A DNA stretch of 28,129 nucleotides from Candidatus Lithacetigena glycinireducens (GTDB taxonomy: Bacteria > Coprothermobacterota > HKB111), in contig QLUP01000001.1 of assembly GCA_018725485.1 (NCBI GenBank), positions 1 through 28,129 on the forward strand, read 5' to 3'. This document shows positions 9,025 to 17,102 of the stretch, piece after piece. The notes beneath the pieces were generated by a model, which ran no database searches, was not told the origin of the DNA, and saw only the letters and a list, made by a program, of their open reading frames with translations. The position numbers were made by a program, and so were the translations under genes. The stretch's first letter is position 1. Every line of letters starts with the position of its first letter.

Positions 9025-9510
9025 ATGACAGTAGCAACAAATGTACTGGTAGGAGTAGCTACCTTATCTTTTAGACATCCAGTTGGTGGTACCTGGGTGG
9101 GAGTTGGCTACACAGAAGACGGCGTTACCTTTGAGTATTCCGCTGACACCGCCGATATTGAGACCGAAGAAGAAACCTTCCCTATTGCACGAGTAATCAC
9201 CAAAGAAACCCTGACAGTAACTTGCAACATGGCTGAGAGCTCTTTAAATAATATTGACAAAGCTATCGCTGGGAGTGTTTTAGCTGGTAACACCATAACT
9301 ATTGGAGGTGGCAGAATTAAGGAAATGAGTATTAGGATAGTAGGTAGGAATCCTGCAGGTTTTGCGAGAACTATTGAGATACCATTAGCCACTGCTACAG
9401 GGACGGTAGGTATGGCATACAGAAAAGGTGCGAAGACGGTGGTGCCTGTTTCTTTTCAGGCACTCAGAGGCGTTGGGCCTGTATGCACCATAACTGATTC
9501 CACTGTATAA
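9025..9510 (+). CDS. Major tail (tube) protein
   Basis: 161 aa beta-rich; VGYTEDGVTFEYS..T.DIE.EE, TVTCNMAE and VPVSFQAL fit siphovirus tail tube proteins; precedes chaperone and tape measure. Confidence 0.8.
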   Translation: MTVATNVLVGVATLSFRHPVGGTWVGVGYTEDGVTFEYSADTADIETEEETFPIARVITKETLTVTCNMAESSLNNIDKAIAGSVLAGNTITIGGGRIKEMSIRIVGRNPAGFARTIEIPLATATGTVGMAYRKGAKTVVPVSFQALRGVGPVCTITDSTV

Positions 9511-9520
9511 GAGAGGTTTT

Positions 9521-9907
9521 ATGGCCCGCAACGAGGAGGAAAAACTTACCAAAGCTGAAATTGAGATTATTCTGGGCGGTAAATCATATTTTGTTAGACC
9601 CCTAGTTATTAAGGAATCCAGAAAGTGGAGAGCTAAGTTTTCTGCTGTTTTGGGAGAATTACCTCAATACACAGGAATAACTACTGATACACCTGATAAG
9701 TTTATGGCAGCTATAAATGCTATGTTAGTAGGTATGCCTGATAAGATAGTAGATCTGGTCTTTGATTACGCTCCAGAATTAGATAGAAAAGAGATAGAAG
9801 CCACCGCTACTGATGCTGAGATGGCTAAGGCGTTCGAACAGATTATAGAGGTTGCCTTCCCTTTAGCACGAAGTCTGGTGGGAGCGATGGGGAAGCTGTC
9901 ACCATAG
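9521..9907 (+). CDS. Tail assembly chaperone (gpG-like)
   Basis: 128 aa helical ORF between tube and tape measure, with a slippery heptamer near its 3' end. Confidence 0.8.
   Translation: MARNEEEKLTKAEIEIILGGKSYFVRPLVIKESRKWRAKFSAVLGELPQYTGITTDTPDKFMAAINAMLVGMPDKIVDLVFDYAPELDRKEIEATATDAEMAKAFEQIIEVAFPLARSLVGAMGKLSP
9859..9865 (+). promoter_or_regulatory. -1 programmed ribosomal frameshift site C.CCT.TTA
   Basis: X XXY YYZ heptamer in the correct phase of the chaperone frame (codons CCT 9860-62, TTA 9863-65); the -1 frame is open to TGA at 10135-10137. Confidence 0.75.
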
Positions 9908-10137
9908 GAGAAGTTTATGAATTTATCCTGGCGGAATGGCATCTCCCACCGGAATATATTATAAATAATTGGACGGACGAACTGTTAAGTCTAATGTTAG
10001 ATAAATTGGTAGACAGAAAACAGAGAGAATACGAAGCATTAGCTGGAGTTACAGAAGCTCCTCGGCAGGGTAGAGTAGTGTCTGATAGCGAGTTTTTTAG
10101 ACTTCTTGGTGATAAAATTGAGGTGGTAAAGAATTGA
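9859..10137 (+). CDS. Frameshift extension of the tail assembly chaperone (gpGT-like), not in the ORF track
   Basis: -1 frame reads STKSGGSDGEAVTIGEVYEFILAEWHLPPEYIINNWTDELLSLMLDKLVDRKQRE...KN* and fills the gap to the tape measure SD. Confidence 0.7.
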   Translation, partial: PFSTKSGGSDGEAVTIGEVYEFILAEWHLPPEYIINNWTDELLSLMLDKLVDRKQREYEALAGVTEAPRQGRVVSDSEFFRLLGDKIEVVKN

Positions 10138-10152
10138 GAGTAGGAGGTTAAG

Positions 10153-11799
10153 TTGGCAATCTCGATAGGAGACGCTCTGTTAAAGCTTGGCTTAGATAAG
10201 ACTGCTTTTGACAGTGATATGAAAAACTTAGATGCCCAAGTGAAAACCTCCATGAAGAAACTCCAGACCGCCTTTAAAGTTGGTGGAGCAGCCATAACTG
10301 CTATGGGTGCCGCTGGGCTTAAATTCGTGTCTGATGCTCGAGTAATGAATGCTCAGCTTGGTCAAACTGCTCTGATCCTCGGTATAACTACCAAAGAAAT
10401 ACGAGATTTGGCTCTGGCTACTGCCGATGTGTCCTTCCCCATCAAGAGTGTTGCTGACACTTTCGAACTACTAAGCAGAGCAGGGGTAAAAAATACTGAG
10501 GACATGAAGGCTAACGCTAAAGCCTTCGATGCCCTGGCTGACGCTACAGGCTCAAGTGCTGAGGTAATAGCTGGCATGCTCATCCCAGCTTTCAGGGTAT
10601 TCGGGAAAGAACTACCAAAAACCTCTAAAGAACTGGATATATTTACCTGGTTAAGCAGAGAGACTACAGTTAATTTAGGTGATTTTAGCGGCATGTTAAC
10701 TCGTCTGGCTCCCCAAATGATCGAAGCAGGAATAAGCATGGAAGACGCTGTTATTGCCTTAGCTGCTTTGGAGGAGAGAGGTATTACCGGAAGAGCGGCT
10801 ATGCGGGAACTAAATGAAGCGATTGGAGAATCAGTTGAGAGAAATATAAGTCTCCATCAGGCTTTAGGCATAACTACCGAGGAGGTTGGCAGGTATAATC
10901 AGCAGATAAGTGAATCTGTAGGAATCACCGATAAATATGCGGCAATAGCTGATAAGCAGTTTGGGATTATGGACAAGTTAAAGCATGCATGGAGTGAACT
11001 TACTTTTGCCGCAGGCTCTTTTTTAACTCCCTTAGAGCCTATCTTAACTGCTATGACTGCCCTGGGGCCAGTGATGATGTTTTTCGGAACAGCTACAGCT
11101 GCAGCTACCATAAAGACCATAAAACATACCGCAGCTTTGATAGCAAAGAAGGTGGCTCTGACAGCCAGCACTGTGGCCATCAAGGCAGCTACTGCTGCTC
11201 AATGGCTCTGGAATGCGGCTATGACTGCTAATCCTATCGGAATAGTTATAGCGGGGATAGCAGCCCTAATAGCAGCTATTATCTTGATAGCCAAGAACTG
11301 GGATTGGATCAGAGAGAAGACTATAAATGTTTGGGAAAGGCTGATGATTTTCTTCCGGGGGATAGTTGAACGGATAGGCGGTATTTTTGCAGGGTTAAAG
11401 GAGATGATATTAAGTCCATTTCGGGCTGCCTTAAGTGGAATAGAGGCAGGGATAAATTGGTTAATTAGACAGTTAAATAAAATCAGTTTTAAGGTACCTG
11501 ATTGGGTACCTCTTCTCGGCGGGAAGACTTTTGGATTAAACATCCCTGAAATTACCTTACCTAAATTTGCCCATGGTGGTTTAATTACCGAACCTACTCT
11601 TCTCTATGGATTGCGTTCTAAGAGACCCTATGCTGTTGCTGGTGAATCTGGGCCAGAAAGAATCTCTCCTATAACAAACTATGCAGGTGCAACTTACATA
11701 ACTCATCTGCACATAGGCACTTTAATTGCTGATGAAGCAGGTTTAGAAAAATTGAGATGGGAACTTCAGAGGATTGACAAAAAGGTAGGGCTGAGATGA
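10153..11799 (+). CDS. Tail tape measure protein
   Basis: 548 aa, TTG start with SD AGGAGGT; Ala/Gly-rich helical; MTANPIGIVIAGIAALIAAII..KNWD and PKFAHGG motifs. Confidence 0.9.
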   Translation: MAISIGDALLKLGLDKTAFDSDMKNLDAQVKTSMKKLQTAFKVGGAAITAMGAAGLKFVSDARVMNAQLGQTALILGITTKEIRDLALATADVSFPIKSVADTFELLSRAGVKNTEDMKANAKAFDALADATGSSAEVIAGMLIPAFRVFGKELPKTSKELDIFTWLSRETTVNLGDFSGMLTRLAPQMIEAGISMEDAVIALAALEERGITGRAAMRELNEAIGESVERNISLHQALGITTEEVGRYNQQISESVGITDKYAAIADKQFGIMDKLKHAWSELTFAAGSFLTPLEPILTAMTALGPVMMFFGTATAAATIKTIKHTAALIAKKVALTASTVAIKAATAAQWLWNAAMTANPIGIVIAGIAALIAAIILIAKNWDWIREKTINVWERLMIFFRGIVERIGGIFAGLKEMILSPFRAALSGIEAGINWLIRQLNKISFKVPDWVPLLGGKTFGLNIPEITLPKFAHGGLITEPTLLYGLRSKRPYAVAGESGPERISPITNYAGATYITHLHIGTLIADEAGLEKLRWELQRIDKKVGLR

Positions 11800-12137
11800 G
11801 GTTAGGGCCAAGCTTAACTAACAATTTCCCTTTCCCTAAGTACAGATTCGCCAGAGTTGTATCAGATATAGAAAGTTCTGTCCAGCAGAGAGCCATAGAT
11901 GCCACCTTGCACTACATCATTACCGGGTTAAAAAGGAAATGGACAATATCATTTATTTATCCTAAAACTGAAACTAATATTGTGAATTTGCCAAAGTTGA
12001 GGTTATGGAGGGCACTTAATTTAAAATTATTAGATAAAGACAATGTTTGGTATGATGTTTCCATTATGGACATCACTGAGGAATCTATTCTGAAAGGTAA
12101 ATACTGGCAGGTAGGCTTAATACTGGAGCAGATGTGA
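11796..12137 (+). CDS. Distal tail protein-like
   Basis: 113 aa directly after the tape measure (ATGA overlap); beta-rich, KRKWTISF motif. Confidence 0.55.
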   Translation: MRLGPSLTNNFPFPKYRFARVVSDIESSVQQRAIDATLHYIITGLKRKWTISFIYPKTETNIVNLPKLRLWRALNLKLLDKDNVWYDVSIMDITEESILKGKYWQVGLILEQM

Positions 12138-14447
12138 ATGCCTGTTAAAGAGTTAAATTATCGGGTTACTTTATTAAAAGAATATAGGGGAGCGCCTGCT
12201 GGGAGTAAAACCTGGCTGGTTGATCCTTTAACCATTACGGGCAATGAACATTCTGCTTATTTCCCTCTCAGAGACGTTTTGAGTAAGTTGCCTTTAGACA
12301 TTAATTTAGCCAGATACGGAATCTGTGATGTACATAGAACTGATGATGGTTTTATCTGCCTGGCGGTAGATGGGACAGTTAAAAGGGAATGGAGAGGAGC
12401 TTTATCTCCTGTCACCGGGGTATATGTTACTCCTCTGGTCTGGGAGGTAATATACAGAACCCTGAAACATCCCGGAAGAATAGTATTAGAGGGTGGAGAA
12501 ATCAGAAGGGCCGATATTAGATTCAGGGATATAAATGGGGTCTGGCATATATTATTTACTGATGTGGTTATACCTAATGACCTGGTATTTACGCCAAGAA
12601 CGATTACCGGAATCAGAATCAGTGTAAAAGAAACCCAGGCCGGTCATCAGAGACCGAGAATAAGGAATTTAGTTTTACACGCCGATACCACTACTCTGAA
12701 AAGTGAGGTGGTCAGTCTCAGGCTATTATTGTCTGCTGAAAAGACCAGCTTAATTCCTCAGTGGGGGTCCATCCAAACAGGAGCTTTTGATATGGTAGTG
12801 AGGGACCCTGGTTGGGCAACTTATCCTTATCAGTTACCGGTGAGATTTGAGGTTGGTTTGCCTGGACTCTCACCAATAATGTTAGGTTTTGTAGACAATT
12901 GGGAGAAAAAAGAAGTTGGCGGAGTTAGATACTGGAAGGTTGACGGTAGAGATGTTCTGAAATTAGCTAAGGAAAATACAACCAGGCCTGACTATCGTTA
13001 TAAATATAGATTAGGGGATTTATTCAGTTATTTGATTAACTTTTTAGGGGTGAGTGGAGTTAATGAAGTTGGACAGGGTAAAGAAGTTAAATGGGCTATG
13101 TTTGATAGAATCTGGGACGATTTAGGTTATATTGCTGCGGCTATACAGGGTAAAATTACCGCCATCGATGACATAATTTACCTGAGACCCATAAGTGGTG
13201 TGGTTGAGTATAATCTTTTTGACAGCGACATAATCGATAGGCCCGAGCAGATAGATGTAGCCGTAAATAAGATAAACATAGAGAGCTCATTTTACGATTC
13301 TCATCATTGGATACTAAATTTAGGTTCTTCCGGTTTCTTTGTAATACAAAGCAACCAGGTTTATAATATAGAAACACCTTATTTTCATATACCCTCCGAC
13401 CCCGATTCTCTTATGTTTGCCGGACTTTTTAGACACACCGGGGAGTTTTATTCAGACAATTATAGTTGGTCTATAATCTCAGCTACTCCTGAGAGGTGTA
13501 CAGTCAGGATAACTACTGCTATCCTGATTAATCCTGGGGCTATTGTCCAAGCCAGAGTCCAGGGAAGAAGTATTAGCAAAAAGAGTATAAGCCGTATAGT
13601 AGAAGATAAAGATAGCCAGTTAATCTGGGGGGAGAGAGAAGCAAGTGTAAAGCTGAAGTTTTTAGAAAGTGGGGTAGAAGTAGAGAATTTAGCCTATGCC
13701 ATACTCGCTTTTTATTCGGGTATTAGTAGGTATAAATTAACTTTAACGCTAAGACCCGAATTAAGGGCTGGAAGTGTTATCAGGTGGAAGGATAGAAACT
13801 TTTTAATTGCTTCAGTAGAACACTCTTTACCCGCCTGTACCACCATTATTGAGATAGAAGAGATTAAGCCTTGGGAGGTGACAGAAAAATTGTTAAGGGA
13901 TTTAAGTGCCTATAAGAGAGTTGGTGTTACGGCTAACAGGTATTATATCGCTGGACACCTGGGAGGCGGTGTAGCTACCACACTGACAGTATCGGCTAAT
14001 ACCATATATGCTATGCCTCTTATCTTGCCGCAGGGGGTAAATATTGATAGATTATTATCAGAGATTACTGTTTTATCGGCTGGTAATGCCAGATTTGGAA
14101 TATATAGCGACGAGAACATACATCCTAGAGACCTGATACTAAACGCTGGAGAAGTCAGCACTGGCTCTACAGGGGTAAGGGAAAGGAGTTTGAATCAAAA
14201 CTTAACTGGCAATAGATTATACTGGTTTGTAATTCATTTTTCAGCTACCCCCACCGTAAGGGCCATAGCCAGAGAATATGTTTTACCTGTTATAGGAGCC
14301 CCTGTTACCTTAGGAGCGGATATTACCCCTTCGTGCTGGATATTAAGCAGGGCCTATGCTGACGGATTACCAGCGATTATGCCTGCTATGACTACGGCTA
14401 ATATTAATATACCCGCCATAGCGGTCAGAATAGCGAGCTATATTTAA
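12138..14447 (+). CDS. Tail tip / baseplate hub protein with C-terminal putative receptor-binding beta domain
   Basis: 769 aa after the Dit-like gene; VDGRDVLK and SQLIWGERE..L.L.L.PEL..G.VI segments typical of hub proteins; last ~165 aa resemble the tail fibre C-domain. Confidence 0.7.
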   Translation: MPVKELNYRVTLLKEYRGAPAGSKTWLVDPLTITGNEHSAYFPLRDVLSKLPLDINLARYGICDVHRTDDGFICLAVDGTVKREWRGALSPVTGVYVTPLVWEVIYRTLKHPGRIVLEGGEIRRADIRFRDINGVWHILFTDVVIPNDLVFTPRTITGIRISVKETQAGHQRPRIRNLVLHADTTTLKSEVVSLRLLLSAEKTSLIPQWGSIQTGAFDMVVRDPGWATYPYQLPVRFEVGLPGLSPIMLGFVDNWEKKEVGGVRYWKVDGRDVLKLAKENTTRPDYRYKYRLGDLFSYLINFLGVSGVNEVGQGKEVKWAMFDRIWDDLGYIAAAIQGKITAIDDIIYLRPISGVVEYNLFDSDIIDRPEQIDVAVNKINIESSFYDSHHWILNLGSSGFFVIQSNQVYNIETPYFHIPSDPDSLMFAGLFRHTGEFYSDNYSWSIISATPERCTVRITTAILINPGAIVQARVQGRSISKKSISRIVEDKDSQLIWGEREASVKLKFLESGVEVENLAYAILAFYSGISRYKLTLTLRPELRAGSVIRWKDRNFLIASVEHSLPACTTIIEIEEIKPWEVTEKLLRDLSAYKRVGVTANRYYIAGHLGGGVATTLTVSANTIYAMPLILPQGVNIDRLLSEITVLSAGNARFGIYSDENIHPRDLILNAGEVSTGSTGVRERSLNQNLTGNRLYWFVIHFSATPTVRAIAREYVLPVIGAPVTLGADITPSCWILSRAYADGLPAIMPAMTTANINIPAIAVRIASYI

Positions 14448-14455
14448 GGAGAGAA

Positions 14456-14914
14456 ATGAGTGTTTGGTCAACAGTATCCTGGGTTTTTAGGGATGATATA
14501 ACCTCTGCTAAACTGCAGGCAATGAGTAATAATGATTTATACCTGAGAGACAGGCTTCGTTTCCATTATGTAGGCGATGAGACTGAAAGAAGCGTGGCTG
14601 GAACGACGGAAACAGAGATCAAGTTTTTTAGGATGATAAAACATCCTAATGCTTATAACCTGAGGTTACTGAGGTTTTTTGCCGAGTTGAGAGTATCTGC
14701 TGCCTCTACTGGGACTTTAAGGATATACTTAGATGGTGCTGCTTCACCTTCTTTAACTTTAACTACTATAGCCACGGCTTTTGAATTACTAAATGGTTCT
14801 ATAGATGTTTCTGCCTGGGCCGATGGAGTACATACGGTATCTATCCGGTTGTTAAACTCAACAACCGCAACTACCATTAACAGACTTTTGGAATGTTATG
14901 TTGAGGTAGTGTAA
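14456..14914 (+). CDS. Minor tail structural protein
   Basis: N-terminal WSTVSW..RDDITSAKLQAMSNNDLYL resembles fibre-anchoring segments; beta-sandwich-like C-terminus; TAATG coupling to the first Cys-rich ORF. Confidence 0.55.
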   Translation: MSVWSTVSWVFRDDITSAKLQAMSNNDLYLRDRLRFHYVGDETERSVAGTTETEIKFFRMIKHPNAYNLRLLRFFAELRVSAASTGTLRIYLDGAASPSLTLTTIATAFELLNGSIDVSAWADGVHTVSIRLLNSTTATTINRLLECYVEVV

Positions 14915-15363
14915 TGAGAATAAGGGAAAAGGCAATAAGAACTACACAACTCAGAGACATAGAATGTGCTACCTGTGAGGTTTGCCAGGCCTGTCAGAAT
15001 TGTAATGTCTGTCAGTCAGCTTTTGGTACCTGTGGTATCTGTATTACCTGCCAATCTTGTAATACCTGTCAGTCCAGGATAACTTGCGTCTTATGTTTTA
15101 GTTGCGAGAATTGTGTTACCTGCCAAATGGAAGCCAGTTGTGGGGTATGTTTTGCCTGTCAATTATGTGTTACGGCTTGCCAGAATAATTTTGGTACCTG
15201 TTCCAGCTGCGTTACCTGCCAGATCTGTAATGTTTGCCAGATCTGCAATGTCTGCCAATCTTGTAATACCTGTCAGTTGAATTTTGGGAGCTGCGGAACT
15301 TGTGTAGTCTGCCAAGTTTGTGCAGCTTGCCAAATTTGTAATATCTGCCAGAGCGGGATATAA
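14914..15363 (+). CDS. Cys-rich repeat protein A (37 Cys in 149 aa, CxxC register), candidate radical SAM substrate
   Basis: Short basic leader MRIREKAIRTTQLRDIE, then six blocks of CxxCxxC repeats separated by short linkers; SD GAGGT; adjacent to the rSAM/SPASM gene. Confidence 0.85.
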   Translation: MRIREKAIRTTQLRDIECATCEVCQACQNCNVCQSAFGTCGICITCQSCNTCQSRITCVLCFSCENCVTCQMEASCGVCFACQLCVTACQNNFGTCSSCVTCQICNVCQICNVCQSCNTCQLNFGSCGTCVVCQVCAACQICNICQSGI

Positions 15364-15669
15364 ATGAGTACTAATATTAGACTTTGTATAACCTGCCAGA
15401 TATGTAATTTATGCCAATCCTGTAATACCTGTCAGGCTTGTGTAGCTGCTCAGCCGAGCTGTGCTACCTGTGAGGTGTGTAATGTTTGCCAGAGTTGTGT
15501 TACCTGTCAGCAGTGTAATGCAGTTTGTTTTAGCTGCAACAGTTGCCAGAGCTGTATAACTTCTCAAACCTGTGGGACGTGCGATAAGTGCTTCACCTGT
15601 CAGAATTGTTTTTCTGACCAGGGTACACCTCCAGTTTGTGCTGCCTGCCAGAGTTGTAATACCTGTCAG
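15049..15669 (+). repeat. Four dispersed 24-bp repeats encoding CQSCNTCQ
   Basis: TGCCAATCTTGTAATACCTGTCAG identical at 15049-15072 and 15253-15276, one mismatch at 15412-15435, variant at 15646-15669. Confidence 0.9.
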
Positions 15670-15780
15670 GTGTGTTTTGGCTGCCAGAATTGTAACATTA
15701 GCCAGGCCTGTAGCTGCCAGGTTTGTGCAGCCTGCCAGGTTTGTGCAGCCTGCCAGAATTGTTTTATTAGCCCATTTTAA
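15364..15780 (+). CDS. Cys-rich repeat protein B (37 Cys in 138 aa), candidate radical SAM substrate
   Basis: Same CxxCQx repeat as protein A; starts immediately after its TAA, in the same frame. Confidence 0.85.
   Translation: MSTNIRLCITCQICNLCQSCNTCQACVAAQPSCATCEVCNVCQSCVTCQQCNAVCFSCNSCQSCITSQTCGTCDKCFTCQNCFSDQGTPPVCAACQSCNTCQVCFGCQNCNISQACSCQVCAACQVCAACQNCFISPF
15714..15756 (+). repeat. Perfect 18-bp tandem repeat (about 2.4 copies) encoding CQVCAA
   Basis: CTGCCAGGTTTGTGCAGC x2 followed by CTGCCAG. Confidence 0.9.
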
Positions 15781-15791
15781 GAGGAGGAAGT

Positions 15792-17102
15792 ATGGAAGAG
15801 TGTGAAAATTGTTTTACCTGTGAGAACTGCTACACCGACCAGAGCTGCGTAGAATGTCAGGTATGTGTTGAATGCCAGAGTTGTTATACCGCTGAATCTT
15901 GCGATAAATGTGAATCTTGTTTTACCTGCGAAACGGTGGCTCAACCTCACGGTTTGGTACAAAAAACCTGTCAGATTAAGCCTAAGATATATACCAACTC
16001 TTTAACCATCTTTGCTTCTAACGGCTGTAACTTAGATTGTGAGTACTGTTTTTTTAGGGGAACTAAAGACAAAGACAATCTTACCTATGAAGTTGGTAAA
16101 GAGGCGGTAGATTTTCTCTTCTTAGTTTCCGATAGCACTAAACCTGTTTCTATCTGGTTTTTTGGTGGTGAACCCTTCCTTAACTACGAGGTTATGCAGA
16201 AGGTTATTCTTTATGGGAAGCAGAAGGCTAAAAAATATGACAGGCAGTTGTCTTTTGGGGCTACTACCAATATGACCTTACTTAACCAGGAGAGAATAGA
16301 TTTCTGGCATGAGGAGGGTGGTAATCTATTAATTTCTCTTGATGGTTGCGAGGAGGGGCATAATTTCTACAGGAAAGATATATATGGAGAAGGCTCTTTT
16401 GCTACTGCCTGGAACTGGACTGAGAAATGGCTAAAACTAAAGCCTGAAACTTCTATCAGGTTTACCGTAAACCCGGAAACCTTACTTTACCAGATAAAAG
16501 GGCTTAAGTTCTTAGTAGAGTGGGGAGTAAATAATATCGCTATGTGTCCTAACCAGGAATGCGACTGGAGTGAGGAGGATTATAAACTTTATAAAGAAAA
16601 TCTTCTGGAAATAGCTGAGGTGTTTATAGCGAAGTTACGAGAAGGCAGAAGGCTTCTAATCAAACCTTTTGAAGACGGCTTTTCACTACATAAAATAAAA
16701 GGTAGGATGGGAGGAACTCGTTGCGGCACAGGGGGTTATGATGTGGGGGTTGGTGTTGATGGGAAATTATACCGCTGTCATCGTTTTGTTTTAAGAGGTG
16801 AAGCCGGGGAAATAGGCAATGTCTGGGACGGCTTTTCGGAGAAGAGGAAAGAGACCTTGAATTATGATATAAATAAGATACAGGGTTATAATTGCGAGAA
16901 GTGTATGATAAAAGCACGCTGTAATGGATACTGTATAGCCGTAAATCAGGATAGAAAAGGTGATTTATGGATTGTGCCTGAGGAAGTATGTAAGCAGGAA
17001 ATTATACATCAGGAAGTAGCGGATTTTATCCTGAATACTTTGAGAAGTGAGGAAAAACTTTATAATAAAGTGATGGGAAATGAAAATAAAAGTTGTAGAT
17101 GA
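15792..17102 (+). CDS. Radical SAM/SPASM-domain enzyme with N-terminal Cys-rich repeat tract
   Basis: CNLDCEYC (CxxxCxxC), FFGGEPFLN, ATTN and ISLDG core motifs; complete seven-Cys SPASM pattern C-x12-G-x4-C ... C-x2-C-x5-C-x3-C-x18-C; SD GAGGAGG. Confidence 0.93.
   Translation: MEECENCFTCENCYTDQSCVECQVCVECQSCYTAESCDKCESCFTCETVAQPHGLVQKTCQIKPKIYTNSLTIFASNGCNLDCEYCFFRGTKDKDNLTYEVGKEAVDFLFLVSDSTKPVSIWFFGGEPFLNYEVMQKVILYGKQKAKKYDRQLSFGATTNMTLLNQERIDFWHEEGGNLLISLDGCEEGHNFYRKDIYGEGSFATAWNWTEKWLKLKPETSIRFTVNPETLLYQIKGLKFLVEWGVNNIAMCPNQECDWSEEDYKLYKENLLEIAEVFIAKLREGRRLLIKPFEDGFSLHKIKGRMGGTRCGTGGYDVGVGVDGKLYRCHRFVLRGEAGEIGNVWDGFSEKRKETLNYDINKIQGYNCEKCMIKARCNGYCIAVNQDRKGDLWIVPEEVCKQEIIHQEVADFILNTLRSEEKLYNKVMGNENKSCR

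Noticed and set aside
15049-15756. CRISPR-like array
   Set aside because: Repeats are in-frame coding repeats with irregular spacing inside ORFs.
14914-15780. Ferredoxin or selenoprotein interpretation of the Cys-rich ORFs
   Set aside because: They lack the CxxCxxCxxxCP ferredoxin pattern and fold context, and contain no in-frame TGA; both end in TAA.
15572-15805. Alternative-frame ORF over Cys-rich protein B
   Set aside because: By-product of the repetitive codons; no SD; overlaps a better-supported gene.
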